Shown: piece by piece, positions 16,494 through 25,059 of the stretch | How the letters are laid out: each line of letters starts with the position of its first letter | How positions within the stretch are numbered: position 1 is the first letter of the stretch | DNA from: an uncultured Bacteroidaceae bacterium | Lineage (GTDB): Bacteria; Bacillota; Clostridia; Christensenellales; CAG-917 | DNA length: 36,850 nucleotides | Direction: 5' to 3' | Assembly (NCBI GenBank): GCA_964367645.1 | Contig: CAYIYN010000004.1 | Span: 1-36,850, forward strand | Position numbers and translations under genes: made by a program | Notes under the pieces: generated by a model | The model's database searches: none | What the model was told of the DNA's origin: nothing | Seen by the model: only the letters and a program-made list of their open reading frames with translations

Positions 16494-16548
16494 TATTTGG
16501 CTCCTAAGTGTACGCTTTCTGCGTTCTAACACGCCTTTTATTTGTGCA

Positions 16549-16577
16549 ATTATAACAAATTTTTTGGATTTGTCCAA
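16549..16577 (-). promoter_or_regulatory. Extended -10 sigma-A promoter
   Basis: TTGGAC-N17-TATAAT with TG extension (TGTTATAAT). Confidence 0.6.
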
Positions 16578-16686
16578 CAAAAAAACGCCATGTATGGCGC
16601 ATTTTAAGATTTTTTTCTTTATATCAATAAGTTTTGACTTTTCAGGCGAACTATCGGCCCATTTTAAAAATCAACGACACGCAAAA

Positions 16687-17484
16687 TCAGCCGATCGGCA
16701 CAAGTGTTTCTTTGTGTTGATGAAAGACGGAAAAATGCGTAAAGCCAATATCAAGCAAATAAAGACTGGTTTTTTCAAAGTCCTTGCACAAATCCCCGCG
16801 ATGGCTGTCGGAGCCGAAAGTTATTTTTCTGCCGCCCAACTCATAATATCTGCGCAGAATCTCGTCGGATGGGAACTGCTCCGTGTGTGTGTTAACTTCC
16901 AGCGCCTTGTCCCTTTTTATGATTCCTTTCAAAATAGCGTCAATTTTTTCTCCGAACTGAGCCATTGTCAAAGATTTATCGCGGTAGGGAGCGCTTCTTG
17001 TAACGTAACCTATGTGCGCCACAACGTCATAGTGGTAAGGAGCGTCAAGGCTTTCTAAAATTGCATCCAAATAGCCGTTATAAACTTTCTTTTTGCTTTT
17101 AAATGCGAATGCATGAGGGAAATAAACGTCCCATCCAAACACAAAATGCACGGAGTTTATCACACAGTCGAAAGGATATTTTGGCAACAGTTTGACATAA
17201 ATCGGACTGGCTTTGGGTGAAAATCCCGCCTCAATGCCAAAGCAAAAATCGAGATTCGACGGCTTTGTTTTTTCGGCTTCCAACCATTCGGCGCGATAGT
17301 TGTCCAAATCTATATGTTTCCAAGGTATCGGCGTATGCCCGCCGCATTTAAGATCGATATCCAAATGGTCTGTGGTGCATAGATAACTTATGCCCATCTT
17401 TTTTTCAATCTCGACAACTTCTTTTACGGGCAGTTTTCCGTCGGAACTGTTGGTGGTGTGAACGTGCGAATCAACCAGAATCAT
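16687..17484 (-). CDS. Histidinol-phosphatase HisJ/HisK family PHP hydrolase
   Basis: DSHVHT, TDH, GIEAG, NSVH, VAHIGY, LEVN, FGSDSH. Confidence 0.88.
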   Translation of the reverse strand: MILVDSHVHTTNSSDGKLPVKEVVEIEKKMGISYLCTTDHLDIDLKCGGHTPIPWKHIDLDNYRAEWLEAEKTKPSNLDFCFGIEAGFSPKASPIYVKLLPKYPFDCVINSVHFVFGWDVYFPHAFAFKSKKKVYNGYLDAILESLDAPYHYDVVAHIGYVTRSAPYRDKSLTMAQFGEKIDAILKGIIKRDKALEVNTHTEQFPSDEILRRYYELGGRKITFGSDSHRGDLCKDFEKTSLYLLDIGFTHFSVFHQHKETLVPIG

Positions 17485-17485
17485 A

Positions 17486-19273
17486 TCACTCCAAGACGGC
17501 CTTAATGCGTCTTATACCCGCCGAGGAACTTTGTTCCTTCAAAATTTTAAACGTGCCCAACTCACCGGTGTTGCCTGCGTGTGGCCCTCCGCAAATTTCC
17601 TTGCTAAACCCGATTGTATACACTTTTACAACGTCGCCGTAGCGGTTGTCAAACACCCCGACTGCTCCTTGGGCTTTGGCTTCTTCAACCGACATTTCTT
17701 TCATTTCAATGTTTTGAGCCTTTTTAATTTCGGCATTGACAAGTTTTTCAACCTCGGCGATTTCCTCTTCGGTCATAGGACGCGGAAAACTGAAATCGAA
17801 CCGCAGTCTTTCGGGAGTGATGTTGCTACCGCGCTGCATAATGTTTTCGTCTTTAAGCACAATTTTAAGTGCTTGGTTCATCAGGTGCGTTGCGCTGTGA
17901 AGTCTGGCTGTCAATTCTCCGCCGTCGGCAAGACCGCCCTTGAACTTTTGTTCCGCACCCGCTTTTGACAAAGCCTGATGCTCCTTAAAAGCCTTTTCGT
18001 AGCCTTCTATATCCACTCCAAAATCATGCTCCAGAGCAAGTTCCGCCGTCATTTCAATGGGAAATCCGAATGTATCATACAGGCGGAACGCAGTTTTGCC
18101 GGGCAAAACGGTCATTCCCGCAGGCAGATGGGAAAGTATTTTGTCAAATTCTTTCAAACCTTGCTCTATTGTTTTGGAAAATTTTTCTTTTTCTGCGTTC
18201 AACTCACAAATAATTCTTTCGCGGTTAACCTCAATGTTTGGATATACCTTTGAATATTTGTCAACGTAAAGAGCCGCAAGTATCGTCAGAGTTTCGTCGT
18301 CGATATTCAGCACTCTGCAATAGCGCATCGCGCGGCGAATAAGACGGCGCAGCACGTAGCCTTGATCGACGTTTGACGGAGATATACCCTTAACATCGCC
18401 TATCATAAACGTGGCAGTGCGCGTGTGGTCGGCGACTATCCTCATCGCTTCGGTCGTTTTTTCATCCTCGCCGTATTTATGCCCGCTCAATTCTTCGAGT
18501 TTTTTGACAGCATAAGCAAACAAGTCCGTTTCGTATACGGATTTAAAACCGTTGATTATGCAAAGCGTGCGCTCAAGTCCCATACCTGTATCGACGTTGG
18601 GTTGGCAAAGCGGAGTTAGGCTGCCGTCTGCACATTTGAAATATTGCATAAAAACGTTGTTCCAAATTTCAAGATATTTGCCGCAATCGCAAGCAGGCGA
18701 GCAATCTGCCGAGCAAGCGGGCTTGCCTGTGTCGATAAACATTTCGGTGTCGGGACCGCAAGGACCGGTGACGCCGGCAGGTCCCCACCAGTTGTTTTTT
18801 TTGGGCAAGAAAAAGATGTTTTTTTCGGGCAGTCCCAAACTTTTCCACGTGTTGGCACTTTCGTCGTCGCGCGGGCAATCTTCATCGCCCTTAAAAACGC
18901 TGACATTCAATATATCAACCGGTATATCAAGCACTTTCGTCAAAAATTCAAACGACCAGATTATGGATTGTTTCTTGAAATAATCCCCAAGCGACCAGTT
19001 GCCGAGCATCTCGAAAAAGGTGCAGTGCGACGCATCGCCGACTTCGTCAATATCTCCGGTTCTAACACAAATTTGCACGTTAGTAAGCCTTTTACCCGCC
19101 GGATGTTTTTCGCCCAAAAGATAGGGTACCAACGGATGCATTCCTGCCGTTGTAAACAAAACAGTCGGGTCGTTTTCAGGAATAAGCGACGCAGTCGCAA
19201 TGACGGCGTGTCCTCTATTTTGAAAGAAATCAAGATATGCCTTGCGAAGTTCTTCAGAATTCATTTTTTTCAT
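17486..19273 (-). CDS. alaS: Alanine--tRNA ligase, short (595 aa) form
   Basis: DPTVLFTTAGM, HCTFFEMLGNWS, GPCGP, EIWNNVF, DTGMGLER, LYDTFGFP, editing HSATH and EICGGPH. Confidence 0.97.
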   Translation of the reverse strand: MKKMNSEELRKAYLDFFQNRGHAVIATASLIPENDPTVLFTTAGMHPLVPYLLGEKHPAGKRLTNVQICVRTGDIDEVGDASHCTFFEMLGNWSLGDYFKKQSIIWSFEFLTKVLDIPVDILNVSVFKGDEDCPRDDESANTWKSLGLPEKNIFFLPKKNNWWGPAGVTGPCGPDTEMFIDTGKPACSADCSPACDCGKYLEIWNNVFMQYFKCADGSLTPLCQPNVDTGMGLERTLCIINGFKSVYETDLFAYAVKKLEELSGHKYGEDEKTTEAMRIVADHTRTATFMIGDVKGISPSNVDQGYVLRRLIRRAMRYCRVLNIDDETLTILAALYVDKYSKVYPNIEVNRERIICELNAEKEKFSKTIEQGLKEFDKILSHLPAGMTVLPGKTAFRLYDTFGFPIEMTAELALEHDFGVDIEGYEKAFKEHQALSKAGAEQKFKGGLADGGELTARLHSATHLMNQALKIVLKDENIMQRGSNITPERLRFDFSFPRPMTEEEIAEVEKLVNAEIKKAQNIEMKEMSVEEAKAQGAVGVFDNRYGDVVKVYTIGFSKEICGGPHAGNTGELGTFKILKEQSSSAGIRRIKAVLE

Positions 19274-19325
19274 ATATCCTCTCTTTATCCGTTAAAAATG
19301 ACGGATAAAAACTCGATTGTGATTT

Positions 19326-20594
19326 TTACAGAGCCGTTACGTTCACTCCGCTTGATTGCAAAAGGTTTGTTAAAGCGTCTTGCAGTTTGGTTTCTACAAT
19401 GCTTCTTGTGAATGTGATAGTGACGTCTTCACCAATAGTGGCAACCCCTACATTAACCTTTGACCTGCGTGATACGTTGACGTGAAATTCCATTCTCAAA
19501 ACGCCCAGTTCTTTTGGCATTACCACTCTTCCTAGATTGCTCAAAATAAGAGTTTGACGTGATTTTAAAACAATCTTGATCGCTTTTGCGATGAAGGTTT
19601 TTAGCCATAACGGAGAGCACCTTAATAATGCGGTTTTTTCTGAACGTACCATCGTGGATATCATTTTGTTCAGTTCTTCTTTTGTCGTTTTTTGCTTTAA
19701 TTGCGTGTTCGCTTCCAACGCAAATTCCTCTGCGCCGCAACACTTTTTTGGGTGCAAAACAAGTCTGACAAAAGTAACAAAATTCCTAAGATTATCGGAG
19801 GGGAAAAGATTCCTTAGATTGACAGGAACCATAATCGCAATCGGACGTGTAGACTTTTCGGTTCTCTTTATAGCCTCGGCAATATTTCCTGCTAGAAAAG
19901 CGGTAAATGTGACGCCCAATTTCTTTGCCAAAACCGATATTTCATTATAACGAGCACCGAATATACCACAGAAATAACCTGCTTCGCTCACCGTTCCCGT
20001 GAGTTCCATCGGGAACTCGCCCATAAGATTTTTAATGTCGGCGTCGCCTATTTTTATAGGCGTATAGTAGCGTCTGAACGCGTCTTCAAATTCGGTAACG
20101 GTCGGAGCGGTATCAAGGTCGATTATGCCCTCAGTTGACAGAAATTCCACACCTTGCAACTTGCGGTAGCGGTATAACACGGCTTTTAGAAAAGCCAAGC
20201 CTCCGTTCCCGTCTGCAAGAACGTGGCTTAATTCCATCACCACGCGGTTCTCACCCGCCATAAAGCGAAACAAGTAACCGTTGTTTTCTTCACTTGTTAT
20301 GGGAGTCAACAATGAGCCTTTTATACCCTTTACAAGCGCACGATTTTTGTTTTCTTCAAAATACCACCAAGCATAGCCCGCTTTTAGTTTGGTTTTGAAA
20401 GTCGGGAATCGATTTAGCGTGTCGTTTATCGCATCTTCCAATAATGTTGCGTCAACGGCGTCGTTCAAAATGGTAGTCATTCTAAAAATGCTCTGCGTCT
20501 TTTTGGTTGCCATAATAGGATAAAACAACGCCGAATTGTCCAAAGCGTAGGTTTTTAAAACGTCTTTTTGTTCACTTTTTGCTCGCGTGCTCAT
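19326..20594 (-). CDS. Alcohol acetyltransferase/condensation-fold (CAT-like) acyltransferase
   Basis: HVLADG (HxxxDG), VPVNLR, LSNLG motifs. Confidence 0.8.
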   Translation of the reverse strand: MSTRAKSEQKDVLKTYALDNSALFYPIMATKKTQSIFRMTTILNDAVDATLLEDAINDTLNRFPTFKTKLKAGYAWWYFEENKNRALVKGIKGSLLTPITSEENNGYLFRFMAGENRVVMELSHVLADGNGGLAFLKAVLYRYRKLQGVEFLSTEGIIDLDTAPTVTEFEDAFRRYYTPIKIGDADIKNLMGEFPMELTGTVSEAGYFCGIFGARYNEISVLAKKLGVTFTAFLAGNIAEAIKRTEKSTRPIAIMVPVNLRNLFPSDNLRNFVTFVRLVLHPKKCCGAEEFALEANTQLKQKTTKEELNKMISTMVRSEKTALLRCSPLWLKTFIAKAIKIVLKSRQTLILSNLGRVVMPKELGVLRMEFHVNVSRRSKVNVGVATIGEDVTITFTRSIVETKLQDALTNLLQSSGVNVTAL

Positions 20595-20603
20595 AATACG
20601 CCT

Positions 20604-20632
20604 ATTTTATTATTATTTACACTTAATGTCAA
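20604..20632 (-). promoter_or_regulatory. Sigma-A promoter 9 nt from the start codon
   Basis: TTGACA-N17-TAAAAT-N9-ATG. Confidence 0.75.
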
Positions 20633-20651
20633 TGAAATGCTTTGGCCTCAG

Positions 20652-20680
20652 TCAATCTATCCCCATTTACGGCATACATT
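20652..20680 (+). promoter_or_regulatory. Sigma-E-like promoter of yabPQ
   Basis: TCAATCT-N14-CATACATT resembles the sigma-E consensus; yabPQ is sigma-E dependent in B. subtilis. Confidence 0.55.
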
Positions 20681-20686
20681 ATTGAT

Positions 20687-20992
20687 ATGGCAAATTTAAT
20701 ACCTGAAAAAGGCGTAAAAACCGCCGAAGATCAAAGTTCGTTCAGACGTCACAAACTGGAACTGGACGGGAAGAAGATGTCCCTAACCGGCATAAAAAAC
20801 GTGCCTACCTTTACAGCTAGGGGTCTTACGGCGGAACTTGACGGAGAAGCCATCGAGATAGTCGGAAAGGATCTCTTGGTTGTGCAACTTGACGTTGCCC
20901 AAGGAGTTCTGATATTGTCAGGAAAGGTGAATTCCATTCGCTATACCGCCGCTTTGACACCGACCGGTTTTTTTAAAAAACTTTTTAAATGA
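20687..20992 (+). CDS. yabP: Sporulation protein YabP/YqfC family
   Basis: HKLEL..KKMSLTGIKNVPTF...IVGKDL.V.QLDV..G.LILSGKVNSIRY...GFFKKLFK pattern; ATG 20687. Confidence 0.85.
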   Translation: MANLIPEKGVKTAEDQSSFRRHKLELDGKKMSLTGIKNVPTFTARGLTAELDGEAIEIVGKDLLVVQLDVAQGVLILSGKVNSIRYTAALTPTGFFKKLFK

Positions 20993-21390
20993 CAGTGGGA
21001 GCAAACATATTAACCCAACTGTTTTCAGCGTCGGTCACTTTCGCCCTCGGTCTTTGCGGAGGGCTGTTTGCTCTGCTTTTTAAAAGAAAAAGCAACCGCA
21101 TAGAGCAGGTCCTTACCGACTTCTTTGTGATTGTTTGTCTGACGTTGCTGTTTTTGTTGTCCGTTGAGTACGGCGCTTTCGGACAGGTACATGCCTATTT
21201 GATTGCCGTTTTCGGTCTTGGCGTGTATGTAGGATATTTGTCGCTAAATGCTCTACTGAAAGTCATTTCGCGGAAATTTCCGCACTTTTTGAAGCGGAGA
21301 GTCTTAAAAGCAATTCCTTCTTCATCGCAAGATAATCCGAAGACAGTTGAAAAATGTAACGTTGTTTCTCCTCGTGGGAGAGAGCGTTGA
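20989..21390 (+). CDS. yabQ: Spore cortex biosynthesis membrane protein YabQ-like
   Basis: Three hydrophobic segments, DFF and GQV..Y motifs; ATGA coupling to yabP. Confidence 0.65.
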   Translation: MTVGANILTQLFSASVTFALGLCGGLFALLFKRKSNRIEQVLTDFFVIVCLTLLFLLSVEYGAFGQVHAYLIAVFGLGVYVGYLSLNALLKVISRKFPHFLKRRVLKAIPSSSQDNPKTVEKCNVVSPRGRER

Positions 21391-21610
21391 GATGTTTTTC
21401 ATCGGCGAGTTGCATTATAGGATTCACAACTTCCTCGCCCCTCTCCAACATATCGCGCAGTTTGATATACAGTGCCTTTTGGTTGGTTGTCGCCGTCCTT
21501 GGCGGTTCCAATCCGGACTGGAACCTGTGATATTCGCCTTCGTTTAAACGCCTTCTTGCCTCGAAAGCAAGATTGCGTATCGTACAATCAGGATGAGATT
21601 TATTGCCCAT
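21263..21610 (-). CDS. Hypothetical 115-aa protein
   Basis: ATG after AGGGGG; protein-like helical composition; 3' end overlaps yabQ. Confidence 0.7.
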   Translation of the reverse strand: MGNKSHPDCTIRNLAFEARRRLNEGEYHRFQSGLEPPRTATTNQKALYIKLRDMLERGEEVVNPIMQLADEKHLNALSHEEKQRYIFQLSSDYLAMKKELLLRLSASKSAEISAK

Positions 21611-21660
21611 AATCGACCCCCTGAAAGCATGATAACACGTTTAGTTACGCTCGGATTATC

Positions 21661-21667
21661 TTCGACA
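21661..21667 (-). promoter_or_regulatory. Spo0A box
   Basis: TTCGACA (TGTCGAA on the minus strand), 50 nt upstream of the 21610 ATG. Confidence 0.5.
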
Positions 21668-21743
21668 AAACAAGTCAAAATATTGCATATTCCATCATTT
21701 AGGCGAGTTGTTGGGGCGCAAACCTAATATGAACAAATTATAA

Positions 21744-21772
21744 TTGACTTATCTTGCGCGAAATAATATAAT
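21744..21772 (+). promoter_or_regulatory. Sigma-A promoter
   Basis: TTGACT-N17-TATAAT upstream of RBS AAGGAG. Confidence 0.8.
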
Positions 21773-21802
21773 ATTGACAAGTAATTAAGAAGGAGTCTGA
21801 CT

Positions 21803-22636
21803 ATGTATACTAGATGTCCAAGTTGCAGAGCAGAAATCAGTTTTGAGCCTCCAGCGAATGCGGAGAGTTTGCCTGATGGTTATAAGCATAAGATAAAATG
21901 CCCAAGCTGCGGAGTAACAATCGGAGTTAGAATCCCAAAGACGGATTCAATAGCCGATATTCAGCCCACTTTCACACCGGCCAACCCGAATGCGGCATCG
22001 TCAGAACCCGTGTTCGTTGCAGCGCCTCCTGTGGATGTTGACGCAAAAGCAGCGGCAAAAGCAGCGGCAAAAGCAGCAGGTAAGGGCGGCGGTAGAGCCA
22101 AGAGTGCTGTGATGTTCGTATTCTCTTTGCTGATTGTTGCGGTCTGCTGTCTAGGCTATTTGGTCAACCAAAAGGTTATAGATATCGAATTGCTGAACGG
22201 ATTTGCCATATTTGACGGAATTACTCCCTTTGTGGAAATGATTGATAACATGGCGGAGATAAAGGCCACCTGGTTTGACCCCGGTGTCGCCTATGCTCTT
22301 ACATATCTGCTTCCTTCCATCACCTTTGTGCTTGCAGGCATATTGGCAGTGGTATCCCTCGTCTGCTGTTTTGTGGGAAAATATTCTCGGGTTTTCGGAC
22401 TTATCTTCGGTCTGCTCGTATTTGGCGGAGCTGTTTGCACGGTTCTCCAAGGTTTCTTTATCGTAATGCTCATTACGACCGAACTCGGAATCGATGCTCC
22501 TTCAATAGTGGACTACTTGAAAGGAATTGTTGAAGACAAAAACTACTTGGTATTTGTTGCCGCAGGGTTGGGACTTTTGACGTTTATTCTTTCACTGGCG
22601 TTTTTGGGCGGAAAGAAAAAAGCGGCAAAGGAATAG
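21803..22636 (+). CDS. Membrane protein with N-terminal zinc ribbon (MJ0042-like)
   Basis: CPSC...CPSC, Pro/Ala-rich linker, four hydrophobic segments. Confidence 0.82.
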   Translation: MYTRCPSCRAEISFEPPANAESLPDGYKHKIKCPSCGVTIGVRIPKTDSIADIQPTFTPANPNAASSEPVFVAAPPVDVDAKAAAKAAAKAAGKGGGRAKSAVMFVFSLLIVAVCCLGYLVNQKVIDIELLNGFAIFDGITPFVEMIDNMAEIKATWFDPGVAYALTYLLPSITFVLAGILAVVSLVCCFVGKYSRVFGLIFGLLVFGGAVCTVLQGFFIVMLITTELGIDAPSIVDYLKGIVEDKNYLVFVAAGLGLLTFILSLAFLGGKKKAAKE

Positions 22637-22678
22637 CTTAGTGGCAAAAAAATAACTTAGTGGCAAGAGAATAACTTA
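22622..22678. repeat. Three 19-bp tandem repeats spanning the stop codon
   Basis: GCGGCAAAGGAATAGCTTA / GTGGCAAAAAAATAACTTA / GTGGCAAGAGAATAACTTA. Confidence 0.85.
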
Positions 22679-22734
22679 TCGATAATTGCAAATAAATCAA
22701 AATTGATTAAATAATCGTTCTATTAAAAAATAAG

Positions 22735-22759
22735 AAAGCCCCGATTGTGGGGCTTTTTT
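22735..22759. terminator. Bidirectional terminator
   Basis: AAAGCCCC-GATTGT-GGGGCTTT plus T-tract, between convergent genes. Confidence 0.85.
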
Positions 22760-22826
22760 ATTGTTGCAAACAATATGCTTGCGACAAGTTATGTTGGGAT
22801 AGAATTATTGATTATCTCAAATTGCC

Positions 22827-24233
22827 TTACATAAGAAGGGTTCCGTTGTCGGTGTCCACGACGTACAATATGTCGGCTTCTTCGCCGGTCACAGCATCGA
22901 TATAAACGAAGTACGTGCCGTTGCTCTCGCCTTCAAATTCATAAGCAAGCACTTCCGACGAACCTTTTTTGGGTATCAAAGACAATCTGCCCTCTCCAAC
23001 TCCGTCAAGAGTCACTTGTTTTCTTGCTTCACTTTCCGAAATAGTTGGCTTGGGCAAAATTCTCGGTTTATGGTTGTATGCGTGGTGACTGCTGTCAAAT
23101 CCCAAAATCGTACCGCTTTCGGCATCGGTTTTGACTTTTATCAAATCGGGATAAATTATTACGCCTTCCTGCACGGGGGCAAGATTGAAAAATCTTTGAC
23201 CGTTTGCAGATGCGCTCCATACCACCTGCAATTCGCCGTAACCGAGTTTTTTTGCAAATTCGACAGCCGCCGCTCCTGCGTCTTTTTGTGTCGCCGCAGT
23301 TTGTCCGTCTTCGTACATTGAGTTAAAGTTGATAAGTTTTCCGCCCTTTTGAGAGAGTTGCGCCCAAGACGAATTTCCGTCTATCGTCAAAGTGTAGTCC
23401 AAAGTGGGGATTCTGCCTTCGCATTTTCCGACAAACGATACGTCCTTGGCATTCGGTAAATAAGTTTTTAACAATTCCGCGCCCTTGTTTTCATCTATAA
23501 TCGGAAGATTTTGAAGTGCCTCCGCGCCCTTGTTTTCCAAAGCGTCAGAGAATGGTCCGTCGTAAATCATTTCGGGATATTCAACGTCAGGCTCAACAAA
23601 CACCGAAAATGGTTCTGCAAAATTGGACAGCACGCCTTCGTTTCCAACAAACAATTTGCCTTCGTTGAGGCCGTCGCCTGCTGTTTTGAGTGCATTTTTC
23701 AGCGTTGCCGTTGCCGGTTTCAATTTGGTTAACAACGCTTTTTCTTCGGGCGTTACCGCTTCACCCTTGGAAATCTTGCCTGCAAGATAGAGCGAATAGT
23801 CCCCCAGTTGGTTTACAAATTTGCTTGCGGCAAGGGTGCCCTCATCATTTCCTTGAAAAGTGCCTAGATGATTTTCCGCAAGAGTTGCGGTTTTCCACAA
23901 ATCATAAAGTAGTTCACGCTGCTTTGCAGGCGTCGACGCAACGGCAAGTTTCGCCATTGTGATATCGATGTCGTCAGCAGCATCTGTTAAATCGTAGTAG
24001 GCGCGCGAGTATACGCTTTCCAACTCGTTTTGATAGTTTTCCTGAGATTCAATCTTATCTTGGCTGTAATATAATGCAACTGACAACCCTACAATCGCAC
24101 CCACGCCCAAAGCTTGGATTACGGCGACTGTTACGATTTTTGCAGTCTTATTTTTTTTATGTTTCTTCTGCGTTGATTGACCTGTTGCGGAAGTTGTTTC
24201 TTTGATTTCGACTTTTGAATTATTTTTTTTCAC
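22827..24233 (-). CDS. ypeB: Germination protein YpeB
   Basis: N-terminal TM, ESVYSRAYYDL, KFVNQLGDY, YPEMIYDGPFSD, YPDLIKVK, PepSY-like VYIDAVTG; GTG after GAGGTG; follows sleB. Confidence 0.92.
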   Translation of the reverse strand: MKKNNSKVEIKETTSATGQSTQKKHKKNKTAKIVTVAVIQALGVGAIVGLSVALYYSQDKIESQENYQNELESVYSRAYYDLTDAADDIDITMAKLAVASTPAKQRELLYDLWKTATLAENHLGTFQGNDEGTLAASKFVNQLGDYSLYLAGKISKGEAVTPEEKALLTKLKPATATLKNALKTAGDGLNEGKLFVGNEGVLSNFAEPFSVFVEPDVEYPEMIYDGPFSDALENKGAEALQNLPIIDENKGAELLKTYLPNAKDVSFVGKCEGRIPTLDYTLTIDGNSSWAQLSQKGGKLINFNSMYEDGQTAATQKDAGAAAVEFAKKLGYGELQVVWSASANGQRFFNLAPVQEGVIIYPDLIKVKTDAESGTILGFDSSHHAYNHKPRILPKPTISESEARKQVTLDGVGEGRLSLIPKKGSSEVLAYEFEGESNGTYFVYIDAVTGEEADILYVVDTDNGTLLM

Positions 24234-24244
24234 TTTTCACCTCA

Positions 24245-24946
24245 TTAACAAAAGTTGTGGTCGCCTATCGACAACTTTACCGGACGCGAAAGCATCCATT
24301 TTGACGTTGCCGTGGCAGGATTGTAATAGAACAGGCATCCGTACGACGGGTCCCATCCGTTGAGTGCATCTTGCGCTGCTTTTTTTGCCGTTGAGTTCGG
24401 CGACATGTTGATTTGTCCGTCAGACACACAATCAAAAGCTCCCGATTGGTACACAACGCCGGCTATGGTGTTTGGGAAGGATGAAGATTTGACTCGGTTC
24501 AAGACCACTGCGGCAACAGCAACTTGTCCAACGTACGGCTCCCCTCTCGCTTCGCCGTAAACAACTCTCGAAAGAAGGTTTAAATCCGAAGAAGTAGTGG
24601 ACGAAGACGATGACGAGGAGGAAGTGATTGATATTCCGATAGCGGCGGCGGTTTTTGCGCCCACTATCCCGTCGGCATATAATCCGTTTACTCTTTGGAA
24701 ATATTTGACCGCAGCAACGGTTTTAGAACCGTAAATTCCGTCAACCGAGCCTGTGTAATAGCCCCAATTTTTGAGTTTGGTCTGAACTGTCCTCACGGTC
24801 GTACCGCTGCTACCCTGTTTCAATACCGCCGCTTCAGCAACAGATATGCTGTCCTTTTCACCGACGCAGACAATTATGCCCGCCGCGAAGGAAACAAACA
24901 GCAATAGTGCAAAAAGGACGACAAAAGATTTCGTTGTAGTTTTCAT
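24245..24946 (-). CDS. sleB: Spore cortex-lytic enzyme SleB
   Basis: Signal peptide, PG-binding domain (VDGIYGSKT..AVKYFQ..GL.ADG), Ser linker, YGEARGEPY.GQVAVAAVVLNR; ATG 24946 after GAGG. Confidence 0.95.
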   Translation of the reverse strand: MKTTTKSFVVLFALLLFVSFAAGIIVCVGEKDSISVAEAAVLKQGSSGTTVRTVQTKLKNWGYYTGSVDGIYGSKTVAAVKYFQRVNGLYADGIVGAKTAAAIGISITSSSSSSSSTTSSDLNLLSRVVYGEARGEPYVGQVAVAAVVLNRVKSSSFPNTIAGVVYQSGAFDCVSDGQINMSPNSTAKKAAQDALNGWDPSYGCLFYYNPATATSKWMLSRPVKLSIGDHNFC

Positions 24947-24960
24947 ATAGACCTCGCGTT

Positions 24961-24989
24961 TATTCTGCTGCCCCAAAACTTTTTTATGC
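24961..24989 (-). promoter_or_regulatory. Sigma-G-like promoter of sleB-ypeB
   Basis: GCATA-N17-CAGAATA. Confidence 0.55.
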
Positions 24990-25015
24990 GTGACATTTGA
25001 ATAAGGCATTTTTAC

Positions 25016-25044
25016 GTTTAAGATTTTGCGCGGCGGACATAATA
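25016..25044 (+). promoter_or_regulatory. Sigma-F-like promoter of spoIIR
   Basis: GTTTA-N14-GGACATAATA. Confidence 0.6.
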
Positions 25045-25059
25045 TTGTCAGGAGCGAAT

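Noticed and set aside
16486-17058. 190-aa plus-strand ORF
   Set aside because: Antisense to the PHP gene and crosses a promoter; no RBS or motifs.
18644-19411. 255-aa plus-strand ORF and other ORFs inside alaS
   Set aside because: Shadow frames opposite a confidently identified gene.
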